DNA of 64,000 nucleotides from an uncultured Bdellovibrionales bacterium (GTDB taxonomy: Bacteria > Patescibacteriota > Minisyncoccia > Moranbacterales > UBA1568), in assembly GCA_964604195.1 (NCBI GenBank), contig CAZRXW010000001.1, positions 2,358 through 66,357 on the forward strand, given 5' to 3'. How positions within the stretch are numbered: the first letter of the stretch is position 1; each line of letters opens with the position of its first letter. Below, piece by piece: positions 18,060-27,611 of this stretch. The position numbers and the translations under genes were made by a program. A model generated the notes under the pieces. It did no database searches, was not told the DNA's origin, and was given only the letters and a program-made list of their open reading frames with translations.

Positions 18060-18924
18060 ATGAAAAAAAAGTATTGATTCTTGGAGCGAGAGGGATGCTG
18101 GGACAAGAACTGGTCCGGGTATTTGGTATGGATGAACAGTATGAAATCATAGCTTGGGATAGAGTAGAGATGGACGTGACGGATTTTCAGGCTTTGACAG
18201 CGGGGATTGAACGCTTGAATCCAGCTATTATTCTAAATGCAGTGGCTTACAATGCGGTAGACCTTTGTGAGACGAGCGATGAGGAATTCGCTAAGGCAAA
18301 GCTTCTCAATACCCGTGTACCAGAAAAATTGTCTCAAATAAGCCAAAAAATAGGGAGCATTTTGGTGCATTACTCCACAGGCTATGTCTTTGATGGGAAA
18401 TCCGAGTCGGGGTATGATGAGAAAGTGCCCACGGAGCCACTCTCCCACTACGGGGCAACCAAACTCGGGGGGAAGAAAAAGTACTCGAGAGTGGGGCGAA
18501 GACCTATGTTATTCGGCTCTCGAAGCTTTTTGGGAAACCAGGGAGTTCTGCAGTAGGCAAGCGGAGTTTCTTTGATGTCATGCTTGAGAAAGGCAGGACT
18601 TCTGTTTCAGTGAAGGTAGTGGATGATGAGAAAAGTTGTTTTACCTACGTACCCGACTTGGCCGAAGCAACAAAATCTTTGATTGAAGATAAGGCACTCT
18701 ATAGTATCTATCATCTGCTTAATGAAAATGCGGTGACGTGGTGTGAGGCAGTACAGGAGCTTTATCGGTTGGCAAATGTAACGACGAAAGTGATTCCGGT
18801 GACGAGTGCCGAATTTCCGCGACCGGCGAGGAGACCACATGCTTCGGTTTTACAAAATACCAAACGACCAAAAATGCGACACTATCAGGAAGCATTGGCG
18901 GAATATCTGCATCAAGAATTATGA
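18060..18924 (+). pseudogene. rfbD: dTDP-4-dehydrorhamnose reductase, two frameshifts
   Basis: GARGMLG, YNAVD.CE, HYSTGYVFDG, YGATK, PARRP motifs over three frames; breaks at A8 (18063-18070) and G6 (18467-18472). Confidence 0.88.
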
Positions 18925-19002
18925 ATAAGGAATCAAGCGTATGAGAAAAAATTGTTGAGCATGATAGTATTTTATTTTTGATAGTTGATTTTTGACTTGA
19001 TT

Positions 19003-20244
19003 ATGAATCATCCACAACTCAAAAAATCTGATCTAGCTGTTTATCGAGCGCTCATGGGTGAAGAAAAGCGTCAGGCGGAAGGTCTCGAAATGATTGCTTC
19101 CGAAAACTATGTTTCCAAAGCAGTTTTGGAGACACTCGGTACAGTCTTTACCAATAAATATTCAGAAGGATATCCTGGGAGGCGTTATTATGGTGGGCAA
19201 GTCTTTACTGATGTTGTCGAAACTTTAGCTCTCGATCGGGTCAAGAAACTCTTTGGTGCTCAGCATGCCAATGTACAGCCACACTCTGGTGCCCAAGCCA
19301 ACCTGGCTGTCTATGCGGCTCTCCTCGAACCCGGTGATACCGTGCTGGGGATGGATCTCTCTCACGGTGGTCACCTGACTCATGGCCATCCGGTGACGCT
19401 TCCTGCCAAAGTGTATCGTTTTGTGCGGTATACCACAGAAGCTGATGGCAGTCTGGATTACCAAAAACTGGAAGCATTGGCCAAAAAAGAAAAGCCCAAA
19501 CTGATGCTCGCTGGATTTTCTTCGTACACGAGACAGATTGATTATGAAAAGTTCACAGGCATTGCCAAAAAAGTGGGCGCTCGCTCGATGATGGATATGG
19601 CTCATATCGCTGGTCTCGTGGCGGGTAAAGCGCTTCCCAACCCAGTACCTCATTTTGATGTAGTAACAGCGACGACTCACAAGAGTTTGCGCGGTCCACG
19701 TGGAGGGCTTATTCTCTGCAAGGCAGAGTTTGCCAAAGCTATTGATAAAGCAGTCTTTCCTGGGACACAAGGAGGTCCTCATATGCAGGTAGTGGCAGCC
19801 AAAGCGGTAGCCTTTGGTGAAGCACTCAAGCCTGCCTTTAAGAGTTATGCCAAACAGATTTTGAAGAATGCTCAGGCTCTTGAGGCAAGTTTCCGAAAGC
19901 TTGGGTTCGTGATTGTTTTTGGTAAGACAGAAAATCATATGGTGGTGGTGGACGTAGTCAAAAGCCATGGAGTGACCGGCAAAGTAGGCGAAGAGCTTCT
20001 CGATACCATCGGCATTACGGTGAATAAGAATGTAGTCCCAGATGATCCTCGTGGACCACTTGATCCATCGGGACTGCGGATTGGTGTGCCAGCACTTACT
20101 ACTCGCGGTATGAAGGAACGAGAAGTAAAACAGATTGCTCAGTATATTGATGCGGCCCTGCGCTCTCAGGGGGATACCAAAGAGCTGCTTCGTTTGCAAC
20201 GGGAAGTAAAAAAACTTTGTAAACAGTTTCCGGTGTATCGCTAA
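19003..20244 (+). CDS. glyA: Serine hydroxymethyltransferase
   Basis: IASENY, NKYSEGYPGRRYYGG, HGGHLTHG, TTHKSLRGPRGG. Confidence 0.98.
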   Translation: MNHPQLKKSDLAVYRALMGEEKRQAEGLEMIASENYVSKAVLETLGTVFTNKYSEGYPGRRYYGGQVFTDVVETLALDRVKKLFGAQHANVQPHSGAQANLAVYAALLEPGDTVLGMDLSHGGHLTHGHPVTLPAKVYRFVRYTTEADGSLDYQKLEALAKKEKPKLMLAGFSSYTRQIDYEKFTGIAKKVGARSMMDMAHIAGLVAGKALPNPVPHFDVVTATTHKSLRGPRGGLILCKAEFAKAIDKAVFPGTQGGPHMQVVAAKAVAFGEALKPAFKSYAKQILKNAQALEASFRKLGFVIVFGKTENHMVVVDVVKSHGVTGKVGEELLDTIGITVNKNVVPDDPRGPLDPSGLRIGVPALTTRGMKEREVKQIAQYIDAALRSQGDTKELLRLQREVKKLCKQFPVYR

Positions 20245-20261
20245 ATAGTTTCTTGCCAAGT

Positions 20262-21059
20262 ATGAAGGGTATTATTCTTGCTGGAGGAACTGGGACCCGT
20301 CTCCTTCCTTCCACGGCCATTGCTTCCAAACAGCTGCTGCCAGTGTATGATCGGCCAATGATTTTTTATCCGCTCAATACGCTTCTCTCGGCTGGCATTA
20401 CGGATGTCCTCATTATTGTGGCCCCAGAACATTCTGGACACTATCTGAATCTTTTGGGATCACTCCTCAGAACCAGAGGAATCAATATCTCGTTTGTCGT
20501 GCAAAAAGAGCCTAGGGGTTTAGCTGAAGCCTTTATTCTCGGAGAGGATTTTATTGATGGTGGACACTGTACCATGATTCTGGGAGATAACCTTTTTGAA
20601 GAGGATTTTACAGGGGCTATCCAGAGTTTTGAGGGTGGCGGAAGAATTTTTGCCAAAGAAGTTCCTGATCCGGAGCGGTTCGGTGTTGTTTCCTTTGATG
20701 ATGCATCAAAGACAGTGCTTTCTATTGAAGAAAAACCAAAAAATCCCGAAAGTCATTTCGCCATCCCGGGCCTCTATATTTATGACGGTCAGGTAGTGGA
20801 CGTAGCCAAGTCTCTCCAGCCGTCTTCACGAGGAGAGTTAGAAATTGTCGATCTCCACAATCATTATCTTCGGCAGGAAAAACTCGATGTGAGGGTCCTC
20901 TCTGGAGCCTGGTTTGATGTCGGTACTCATGATTCCCTGTTGGATGCTGGTCTCTATGTACGGGCCAACCGCCTCCATGAGCGATTTTATCCACCATTGA
21001 CGGAAGCCCTGGAAGAGTTTAAGCTCGAGTTCAAAAGACTGGTATCATTAAGTACATAA
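20262..21059 (+). CDS. rfbA: Glucose-1-phosphate thymidylyltransferase
   Basis: GIILAGGTGTRL, KQLLPVYD.PMI, LGDN, EEKP, RGELEI. Confidence 0.93.
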   Translation: MKGIILAGGTGTRLLPSTAIASKQLLPVYDRPMIFYPLNTLLSAGITDVLIIVAPEHSGHYLNLLGSLLRTRGINISFVVQKEPRGLAEAFILGEDFIDGGHCTMILGDNLFEEDFTGAIQSFEGGGRIFAKEVPDPERFGVVSFDDASKTVLSIEEKPKNPESHFAIPGLYIYDGQVVDVAKSLQPSSRGELEIVDLHNHYLRQEKLDVRVLSGAWFDVGTHDSLLDAGLYVRANRLHERFYPPLTEALEEFKLEFKRLVSLST

Positions 21060-21075
21060 TCCCCATAGTATTCTT

Positions 21076-21954
21076 ATGCCACAAAAGATCAAAAAAGCGG
21101 TGATTGCTGTAGCGGGAAGCGGTACGAGACTTCTTCCAGCTACTAAGGCTATGCCCAAGGAAATGCTTCCTATTGTTGATAAGCCAGTGATTCAATTGGT
21201 GGTAGAAGAACTTGTAGCAGCTGGCATTGAGGATATCATTTTTGTAACTCGTTGGGACAAGAAGCCGCTCGAAGATCATTTCGATTTTTCTTCAGCGCTC
21301 GAAGATGACCTCAGGAAGAATGGGAAAGAGGATCGTTATGAACAGGTACACGCGATTGCTGAAATGGCTAATTTTGTCCATATTCGTCAGAAGGGACCAT
21401 ACGGTAACGGTACACCGGTTTTGTCAGCAGCAAGCTTGGTAGACGATGAACCTTTTGTGTATTGTTTTGGTGATGATTTAGTGAAATCGACAGTCTCCTT
21501 TACCAAGCAGATGGTTGATGAGTATAACCAACATGGACATCCCATGATTGGGGTGCAAGAGGTTCCGCTTACTGAGGTCTCTAAATATGGCATTGTTGAT
21601 GTGGATCAGGCGACTATGCAAGTGCGTAATATTGTCGAAAAACCGAAGCAAGAAGAGGCTCCCTCGCAGTTAGCAAATTTTGGGCGAATGATTTTAAATC
21701 AAGAGATTATTGATATTCTCAAGACTACTGCATTAGGAAAGGGGAATGAGTTATGGATTGTTGATGCTATTCACAATTACATTAAGAACGGAGGGAAGTT
21801 TTATGCCAAAACGGTGGAGGGTGGTCAATGGATGACAACGGGTGATCCGCTGAATTACATGACAACCATTCTTACGTATGCTGTTGAGCGTCCGGATATT
21901 GGCGAGCAGCTGAGAGCATATATGAAACAGCTTTTGGATAAGCAAAGCTCCTAG
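21076..21954 (+). CDS. galU: UTP--glucose-1-phosphate uridylyltransferase
   Basis: KAVIAVAGSGTRLLPATKAMPKEMLPIVDKP, VEKP. Confidence 0.93.
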   Translation: MPQKIKKAVIAVAGSGTRLLPATKAMPKEMLPIVDKPVIQLVVEELVAAGIEDIIFVTRWDKKPLEDHFDFSSALEDDLRKNGKEDRYEQVHAIAEMANFVHIRQKGPYGNGTPVLSAASLVDDEPFVYCFGDDLVKSTVSFTKQMVDEYNQHGHPMIGVQEVPLTEVSKYGIVDVDQATMQVRNIVEKPKQEEAPSQLANFGRMILNQEIIDILKTTALGKGNELWIVDAIHNYIKNGGKFYAKTVEGGQWMTTGDPLNYMTTILTYAVERPDIGEQLRAYMKQLLDKQSS

Positions 21955-21962
21955 CTTTTGTC

Positions 21963-22661
21963 ATGTATTGGATCTATCTTTTCCTGTTTATCTGCATGAT
22001 TTTTACTCCAGAAGTTGTTTCTGATGGATTGTTTTTCTTTGGAGAGGAAGATTTAGAATCAGTAATTATATTTGTTTTCGGGCTCATCGGTCTTCTCCTG
22101 TATCTTGGGAAAGAATCAGCCCTTATTCGAACCGTCACCGAAAAACTTTCACTGCAACAGGAGTCAAACAAAATCCGCAAGGATCTCGCCCAGACCTATA
22201 CTTATATAGGGGAGATAAATCGACAGTTGGAGATTCTAAAAAATATGATTGTCGAAAGTCCTCACACGGCCAAAGAACTCTTGCAGGAAGATCGAGAACA
22301 GGTGTTCCAATCAGTTTTTGGGGCGGCACTCCTTTTAGCACAATCTGATGCGGCAGAGCTGGTATTTCTCGATGTGAATAAGCAGCATATCGTAGGGCGT
22401 TATCGATCGAAAGGACTGACTGAGCCGCTATTGTCTGCTGAAGCCAGTGATCTTATTGAACAGCGGCGATACTGGTGGCATGAGGATGGATTAGCTGTCG
22501 TGCGTTCCCAAGAGGAATCTTTGGGGATAGCAGCATTTCTGCTTGTTCGCTCAGCTAAAAATAAGATTGAAGAAATTGGTGTCTTTCAAATATTGGTGAC
22601 GCATGCTCTTTTGTTGTTTTCTCTAAGGCAGGTACGTGATCAGCAAACTTTTGAATGGTAG
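21963..22661 (+). CDS. Hypothetical membrane protein (2 TM plus coiled coil)
   Basis: Operonic spacing; hydrophobic N-terminus; YIGEINRQL. Confidence 0.7.
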   Translation: MYWIYLFLFICMIFTPEVVSDGLFFFGEEDLESVIIFVFGLIGLLLYLGKESALIRTVTEKLSLQQESNKIRKDLAQTYTYIGEINRQLEILKNMIVESPHTAKELLQEDREQVFQSVFGAALLLAQSDAAELVFLDVNKQHIVGRYRSKGLTEPLLSAEASDLIEQRRYWWHEDGLAVVRSQEESLGIAAFLLVRSAKNKIEEIGVFQILVTHALLLFSLRQVRDQQTFEW

Positions 22662-22670
22662 ATTTTGCGT

Positions 22671-23798
22671 ATGCGTATTGGTATTGATGCGCGATTTTAT
22701 GGATCAATTGGTAAGGGTTTGGGGCGCTATACTCAGAAGCTTATTCAAGAGTTAGAAAAGCTGCCAGGCGACGATCAGTTTGTCATTTTTTTGCGCCGAG
22801 AAAATTATGCCGAATATCAGCCAATGAATTCGCGTTTTACCAAGGTGCTGGCTGACTTCTCTTGGTATGGGTGGCGTGAGCAATTTCTTTTCCCTGTTCT
22901 CCTATACCAACACAAGGTTGATTGTATGCATTTTCCTCACTTCAATGTCCCTTTGCTTTATTGGAAAAAGAGTATTGTAACCATTCATGACCTCATTCTT
23001 TTTCACTATCCAACAGTGAAAGCTTCAGAACTGTCACCGCTTCTGTATTGGATAAAATACTGGGTATACCGTTTCGTTATTTTGATGGCGGTACACAGAG
23101 CTCGGAGAGTTATCGTTGTATCTCGCTTTACTGCTGATGATGTATTAAAGGCATTCCCGTTAGTCGGGGATAAGGTTTTAGTTACGTATGAGGCTGCTGA
23201 AAACTATTGTTTTTGGAACGACAAGGATACTTCTCAGGATTTTTTACAGTCTCTGGGACTGCGTTCAAAAGAATACATTCTCTATGTAGGTAACGCCTAT
23301 CCGCATAAAAATCTGGAATGCCTACTCTCTATAGCCGAACAGCTCTCTGAGAAGATTTTTGTATGTGTTGGGAAGGAGGATTATTTTTATAGGAATCTCC
23401 ACCAAAAAGCCAAAGGTATGGGAATAGAAAACGTTTTTTTTGTTGGATTTATCTCCGATAGAGAGCTGGCTATCCTGTATAGGGAGGCGATGTGTTATTT
23501 CTTCCCCTCTCTTTATGAAGGATTTGGTCTTCCTGGATTGGAGGCGCTTGTGCATGGACTTCCAGTCGTAGCAGCACGGGCAGGTGCTTTGCCAGAGATT
23601 TTGGCCAGGGCTGCTTGTTATTTTGATCCAGAAGACCAGGCGTCAGCAATTGATCTTTTAAAGCGGGTTGAAAAAGACATGTCTTTTCGTTCACATTTGA
23701 TTCAAAATGGGTACCGGCGTGTAGCGGAATTTTCGTGGGATCATATGGCCTCGCTAACCCTTCGAGGGTATCATGAGGGAGAGAGTATTACTGTATGA
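22671..23798 (+). CDS. Glycosyltransferase family 4
   Basis: RIGIDAR, VTIHDL, YPHKN, PSLYEGFGLPGLEA. Confidence 0.93.
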   Translation: MRIGIDARFYGSIGKGLGRYTQKLIQELEKLPGDDQFVIFLRRENYAEYQPMNSRFTKVLADFSWYGWREQFLFPVLLYQHKVDCMHFPHFNVPLLYWKKSIVTIHDLILFHYPTVKASELSPLLYWIKYWVYRFVILMAVHRARRVIVVSRFTADDVLKAFPLVGDKVLVTYEAAENYCFWNDKDTSQDFLQSLGLRSKEYILYVGNAYPHKNLECLLSIAEQLSEKIFVCVGKEDYFYRNLHQKAKGMGIENVFFVGFISDRELAILYREAMCYFFPSLYEGFGLPGLEALVHGLPVVAARAGALPEILARAACYFDPEDQASAIDLLKRVEKDMSFRSHLIQNGYRRVAEFSWDHMASLTLRGYHEGESITV

Positions 23799-25888
23799 GA
23801 GATATTATTCCCGGATTACCATCAGAGGATATACGTAAAGATTTCCTGCCCGTCAAACCGCGTGCCTTTGATTATGAAGGCACGAGAGGGAATCTTCAGT
23901 ATGACCGGCAGACATTTCCTGCTCAAAATTATGGTACTCAATTCTTTCAAGAGAATAAGCGGGTTAAGTGGGGTCGCTGGTTTTTCTTGGCTGTTGTTAT
24001 CTTTGTGGCAGCTATTTTGGTCTGGCAGTGGAAGATAGCTTTGATAGAGCGAGGAGAGCAGGGGTATGCTGCCTTAGAAGAGGCTGCTCGTGCCTTGAAA
24101 TCACAGGATCGAGTACGTGCTGAGCAGAAACTGCATGAAGCGAGTGAGCGTTTCGAGAGTGGCTCGAGACTTCTCTGGGGAGCTCAGTATAGTTTACCGG
24201 TGATCGAGAAAATTCCAGGGGCAGGATTTTTAACGAGTGGTATTGCTTTGATGAAGGCGGGGGAGCATTTGGCGATTGGAGCCCAAGAACTTGCTGGATT
24301 TCTTGATCAATCACTGAGTCATATAGAGACAGAAAAACAACCATCTTTGTTGGAGATCCTGAAGAGTGGGGAGAAAAATTTAATTCAGGGTAATGACGAA
24401 ATACAAAAAGCACTGAAGTTTCTCCAGTATGTCCATCCAGAAAGTCTTCCTGAGGATAAACAGGGTCCGTTTAGGAAAGGAGAGGCACTTCTCCCAGTGT
24501 TAGCACATGCGCTCAATTTGTCCGTTACCCATCTTGATTTGCTGAATGAACTGCTTGGTGGTAATGGTCCACGTCTCTACTTATTTCTTTTTCAGAACAA
24601 TCATGAGCTTAGGCCAACGGGTGGATTTATTGGCAGTTATGGAATTTTAGAAATGCGATCAGGAATGGTAAGGAGATTTTTTGTTGACGGTATCTTCAAT
24701 CCTGATGGTCAATTAAAAGAAAATATTGTTCCTCCCGCCCCGATCCAAAAAATTAGTACCGGTTGGAGTTTGCATGACAGTAATTGGTTTCCAGATTTTC
24801 CTACCTCAGCGGAAAAAGCAAGATTCTTTTACGAGAAAACAGGTGGTCCCACAACTGACGGGGTAGTAGCGATGACTCCTGAAGTACTTGAACGGGTTCT
24901 ACGAGTTCTTGGGCCAGTTGATTTACCGGAGTACGGAGTGACAATTGATGCTGATAATTTTATACCGTTAATCCAAGAGGAAGTTGAGGTGAATTATGAC
25001 AAGGAGGAGAATAATCCAAAGAAAATTTTAGGCGATTTGACTGGTGTATTGATCAGACGACTGGTGGAAAAGCCAGATCCTGATATCTTACTTGGCCTAG
25101 GTGATGTTTTGGTGAATTTGTTGAATGAGCGGCACATACTTTTGTTTGCCCGTGATGATCGTGCCCAGAATCTTATTAGATCCTCTGGTTGGTCAGGGGA
25201 GATGCTAAATACCCCCTATGATTATCTTTCAGTGGTACACACAAACATTAACGGGTTTAAGACCGATGGGGTTGTAAAGGACAATATCCATCATCAGGTC
25301 AGTATTCAGGGGGATGGTTCAGTAATTGACACTGTGTCTGTTACCAGGGTGCACACTGGTGGCAATAGCCCATATGAGTGGTGGAATAAAGTAAATGCAA
25401 ATTATATGAGGGTATATGTACCGCTTGGATCAGAGCTTCTTTCGGCGAGCGGTATGACGCGGGAAGTGAATGTTTCACCGGTAGATTATGACGCCCTTCG
25501 TTTTCGACGTGATGAAGAGGTGATAAATGAAGAGGGGAAGATACGTATTGATTCAGAAAGCGGAACCCGTATTGGTGAAGAATTTGGCAAAACAGTTTTT
25601 GGCAATTGGGTTTATGTTAGTCCTGGGGAACAGGTAACAGTGGTCTATCGCTACAAACTTCCCTTTAGACTTGCTCTTGAAGGCGAGTTTTCGGACCCAT
25701 TACCCTTCTCTATCCTCTATCAAAAGCAAGCGGGTACAACTGGCTGGCGGTTATTAACAGAGATTGAACATCCTAATGAGAGGAGAATAATTTGGCAGAG
25801 CGCTGAAAATTTGGTACCGTACGGGCGTATCCTGAAACAAGAAACAAATTTAGATCGTAATGTTTTTCTCGGCCTCGTTTTGCAGTAA
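23795..25888 (+). CDS. DUF4012 domain-containing membrane-anchored protein
   Basis: YLFLFQNNHELRPTGGFIGSYG, DSNWFPDFPTSA, QKQAG. Confidence 0.85.
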   Translation: MRDIIPGLPSEDIRKDFLPVKPRAFDYEGTRGNLQYDRQTFPAQNYGTQFFQENKRVKWGRWFFLAVVIFVAAILVWQWKIALIERGEQGYAALEEAARALKSQDRVRAEQKLHEASERFESGSRLLWGAQYSLPVIEKIPGAGFLTSGIALMKAGEHLAIGAQELAGFLDQSLSHIETEKQPSLLEILKSGEKNLIQGNDEIQKALKFLQYVHPESLPEDKQGPFRKGEALLPVLAHALNLSVTHLDLLNELLGGNGPRLYLFLFQNNHELRPTGGFIGSYGILEMRSGMVRRFFVDGIFNPDGQLKENIVPPAPIQKISTGWSLHDSNWFPDFPTSAEKARFFYEKTGGPTTDGVVAMTPEVLERVLRVLGPVDLPEYGVTIDADNFIPLIQEEVEVNYDKEENNPKKILGDLTGVLIRRLVEKPDPDILLGLGDVLVNLLNERHILLFARDDRAQNLIRSSGWSGEMLNTPYDYLSVVHTNINGFKTDGVVKDNIHHQVSIQGDGSVIDTVSVTRVHTGGNSPYEWWNKVNANYMRVYVPLGSELLSASGMTREVNVSPVDYDALRFRRDEEVINEEGKIRIDSESGTRIGEEFGKTVFGNWVYVSPGEQVTVVYRYKLPFRLALEGEFSDPLPFSILYQKQAGTTGWRLLTEIEHPNERRIIWQSAENLVPYGRILKQETNLDRNVFLGLVLQ

Positions 25889-25897
25889 GAGTTTCTC

Positions 25898-27559
25898 ATG
25901 AAGTTTCTCAATAAAATTTTTCGGCGATGTTTTCTTGCTAGCAATGCCCCTATAGCTTCATTAGGTGGAGCAGCTTTTATAATTGCCATTGCAGGGATAT
26001 TGAGTCGACTACTTGGTTTTGTTCGTGATAGATTACTCGCCTCTACTTTTGGTGCGGGTGATACGCTTGATATATACTATGCCGCGTTTCGTTTGCCAGA
26101 TTTCATTTATGGACTGTTGGTTTTAGGAGCACTTTCTGCGGCTTTTGTTCCCGTGTTTACAGAGCTTATAAATAAAGATGACTCTAAACTTGCTTGGCGA
26201 CTGACAAACAATGTGCTCACCTTACTTCTCCTTACCCTGGGAGGTATATCACTTGTAGGTATTATTTTCGCCCCGATGGTTGCTGCTTTGGTAGCCCCTG
26301 GTTTTTCTCCTGAAAAGCAAGCGGCTGTGGCAAATTTGACGAGGGTGATGCTTCTTTCCCCGATACTACTATCCCTCTCTGCTGTTTTTGGTGGAGTACT
26401 TGTTTCTCTCAAACGATTTCTGGCTTATTCGCTTGCCCCAATTTTTTATAATGTAGGTATTATTGTTGGTATTGTTGGATTTGTTCCCCTGGTAGGTATT
26501 GTTGGACTAGCGTGGGGAGTGGTATTAGGAGCCTTTTTGCATGTATTTGTTCAGTACCCAGCTATTCGTGAATCAGGATATCGTTTCGAGTATATTCGTT
26601 GGAAGAGTCTTGTTGATGATTCAACTCGTCAGGTGATTCGACTCATGATACCGCGGTCACTTGCTATGGCTATCAATCAGATAAGTCTTCTTTTGGTCAC
26701 CATTTTTGCCTCAACCCTAGCATCGGGAAGTTTGGCGGTAGTAACGCTTGCTACTAATATCCAGAGTGTGCCTTTGGGTCTCTTTGGTATCTCATTTGCC
26801 GTAGCAGCGTTTCCTGTTCTTTCTCAATATGCCGCCAAAGAAGCTCATGAGACTTTTTTTAAAACTCTCTCACGGACAGCGAGGAGAATCTCATATTTTG
26901 TTATCCCGCTCTCTTGTTTTCTTATTATTTTTCGTGCTGAGATTGTTCGTGTAGTGTTGGGAGCTGGTGCGTTTAATTGGGAGGACACCATCCTTACTTT
27001 CCAGGTATTGGGACTCTTGGCGGTCTCTCTCCTTGCCCAGTGTCTTATCCCACTCTTTGTTCGTGCCTTCTTTGCTCTCCAGGATACAAGGTTACCACTA
27101 TTTGCTGCTCTTTTTGGTGAAGTCATTCATCTAGTAAGTATCCCTCTTTTACTTCCACGATTTGAAGTGCTTGGTCTAGGGATAGCCTTTTCATTAGGTG
27201 CTTTTTCTCAGCTTATTCTCCTCTACATATTTCTTCGTCGTCGTTTGCCATATTTTCGTGACGAGAACATCCTTTCTCCAATTTTAAAAGTTATCCTTAT
27301 CGCTTTTGCCTCATCAATGGTGGCCCAACTCTCCAAGGGGTTATTCGCCCTGACGATTGATCGGGTAGATACCTTCGCTGAAGTTTTTGTGAAGCTTTCT
27401 CTGGGGCTACTTATTGGAGTGGGTACTTATATAGCCCTTTCAGCTTGGTATCGCTTGCCAGAGTATCTCGATATAAGACGATTTATTTTACAACGCGTGT
27501 TTCGTCGTCCAGAAACAGTGGCACTTACTCAGGATCATCCCGAGCAGGGGGATTGGTAG
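25898..27559 (+). CDS. murJ: Lipid II flippase MurJ
   Basis: SRLLGFVRD, YYAAFRLPD, GALSAAFVPVF, RAFFALQDT. Confidence 0.95.
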   Translation: MKFLNKIFRRCFLASNAPIASLGGAAFIIAIAGILSRLLGFVRDRLLASTFGAGDTLDIYYAAFRLPDFIYGLLVLGALSAAFVPVFTELINKDDSKLAWRLTNNVLTLLLLTLGGISLVGIIFAPMVAALVAPGFSPEKQAAVANLTRVMLLSPILLSLSAVFGGVLVSLKRFLAYSLAPIFYNVGIIVGIVGFVPLVGIVGLAWGVVLGAFLHVFVQYPAIRESGYRFEYIRWKSLVDDSTRQVIRLMIPRSLAMAINQISLLLVTIFASTLASGSLAVVTLATNIQSVPLGLFGISFAVAAFPVLSQYAAKEAHETFFKTLSRTARRISYFVIPLSCFLIIFRAEIVRVVLGAGAFNWEDTILTFQVLGLLAVSLLAQCLIPLFVRAFFALQDTRLPLFAALFGEVIHLVSIPLLLPRFEVLGLGIAFSLGAFSQLILLYIFLRRRLPYFRDENILSPILKVILIAFASSMVAQLSKGLFALTIDRVDTFAEVFVKLSLGLLIGVGTYIALSAWYRLPEYLDIRRFILQRVFRRPETVALTQDHPEQGDW

Positions 27560-27611
27560 AAGAAAGGGCTGTTCCATTGATTTTTCCCTTCTTTTCGGCT
27601 AGTCTTACGGA

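Noticed and set aside
19225-20259. Long antisense ORFs (e.g. 344 aa opposite glyA, 300 aa opposite the sugar transferase, 255 aa opposite the Rieske gene)
   Set aside because: Shadows of well-supported + strand genes with no motifs
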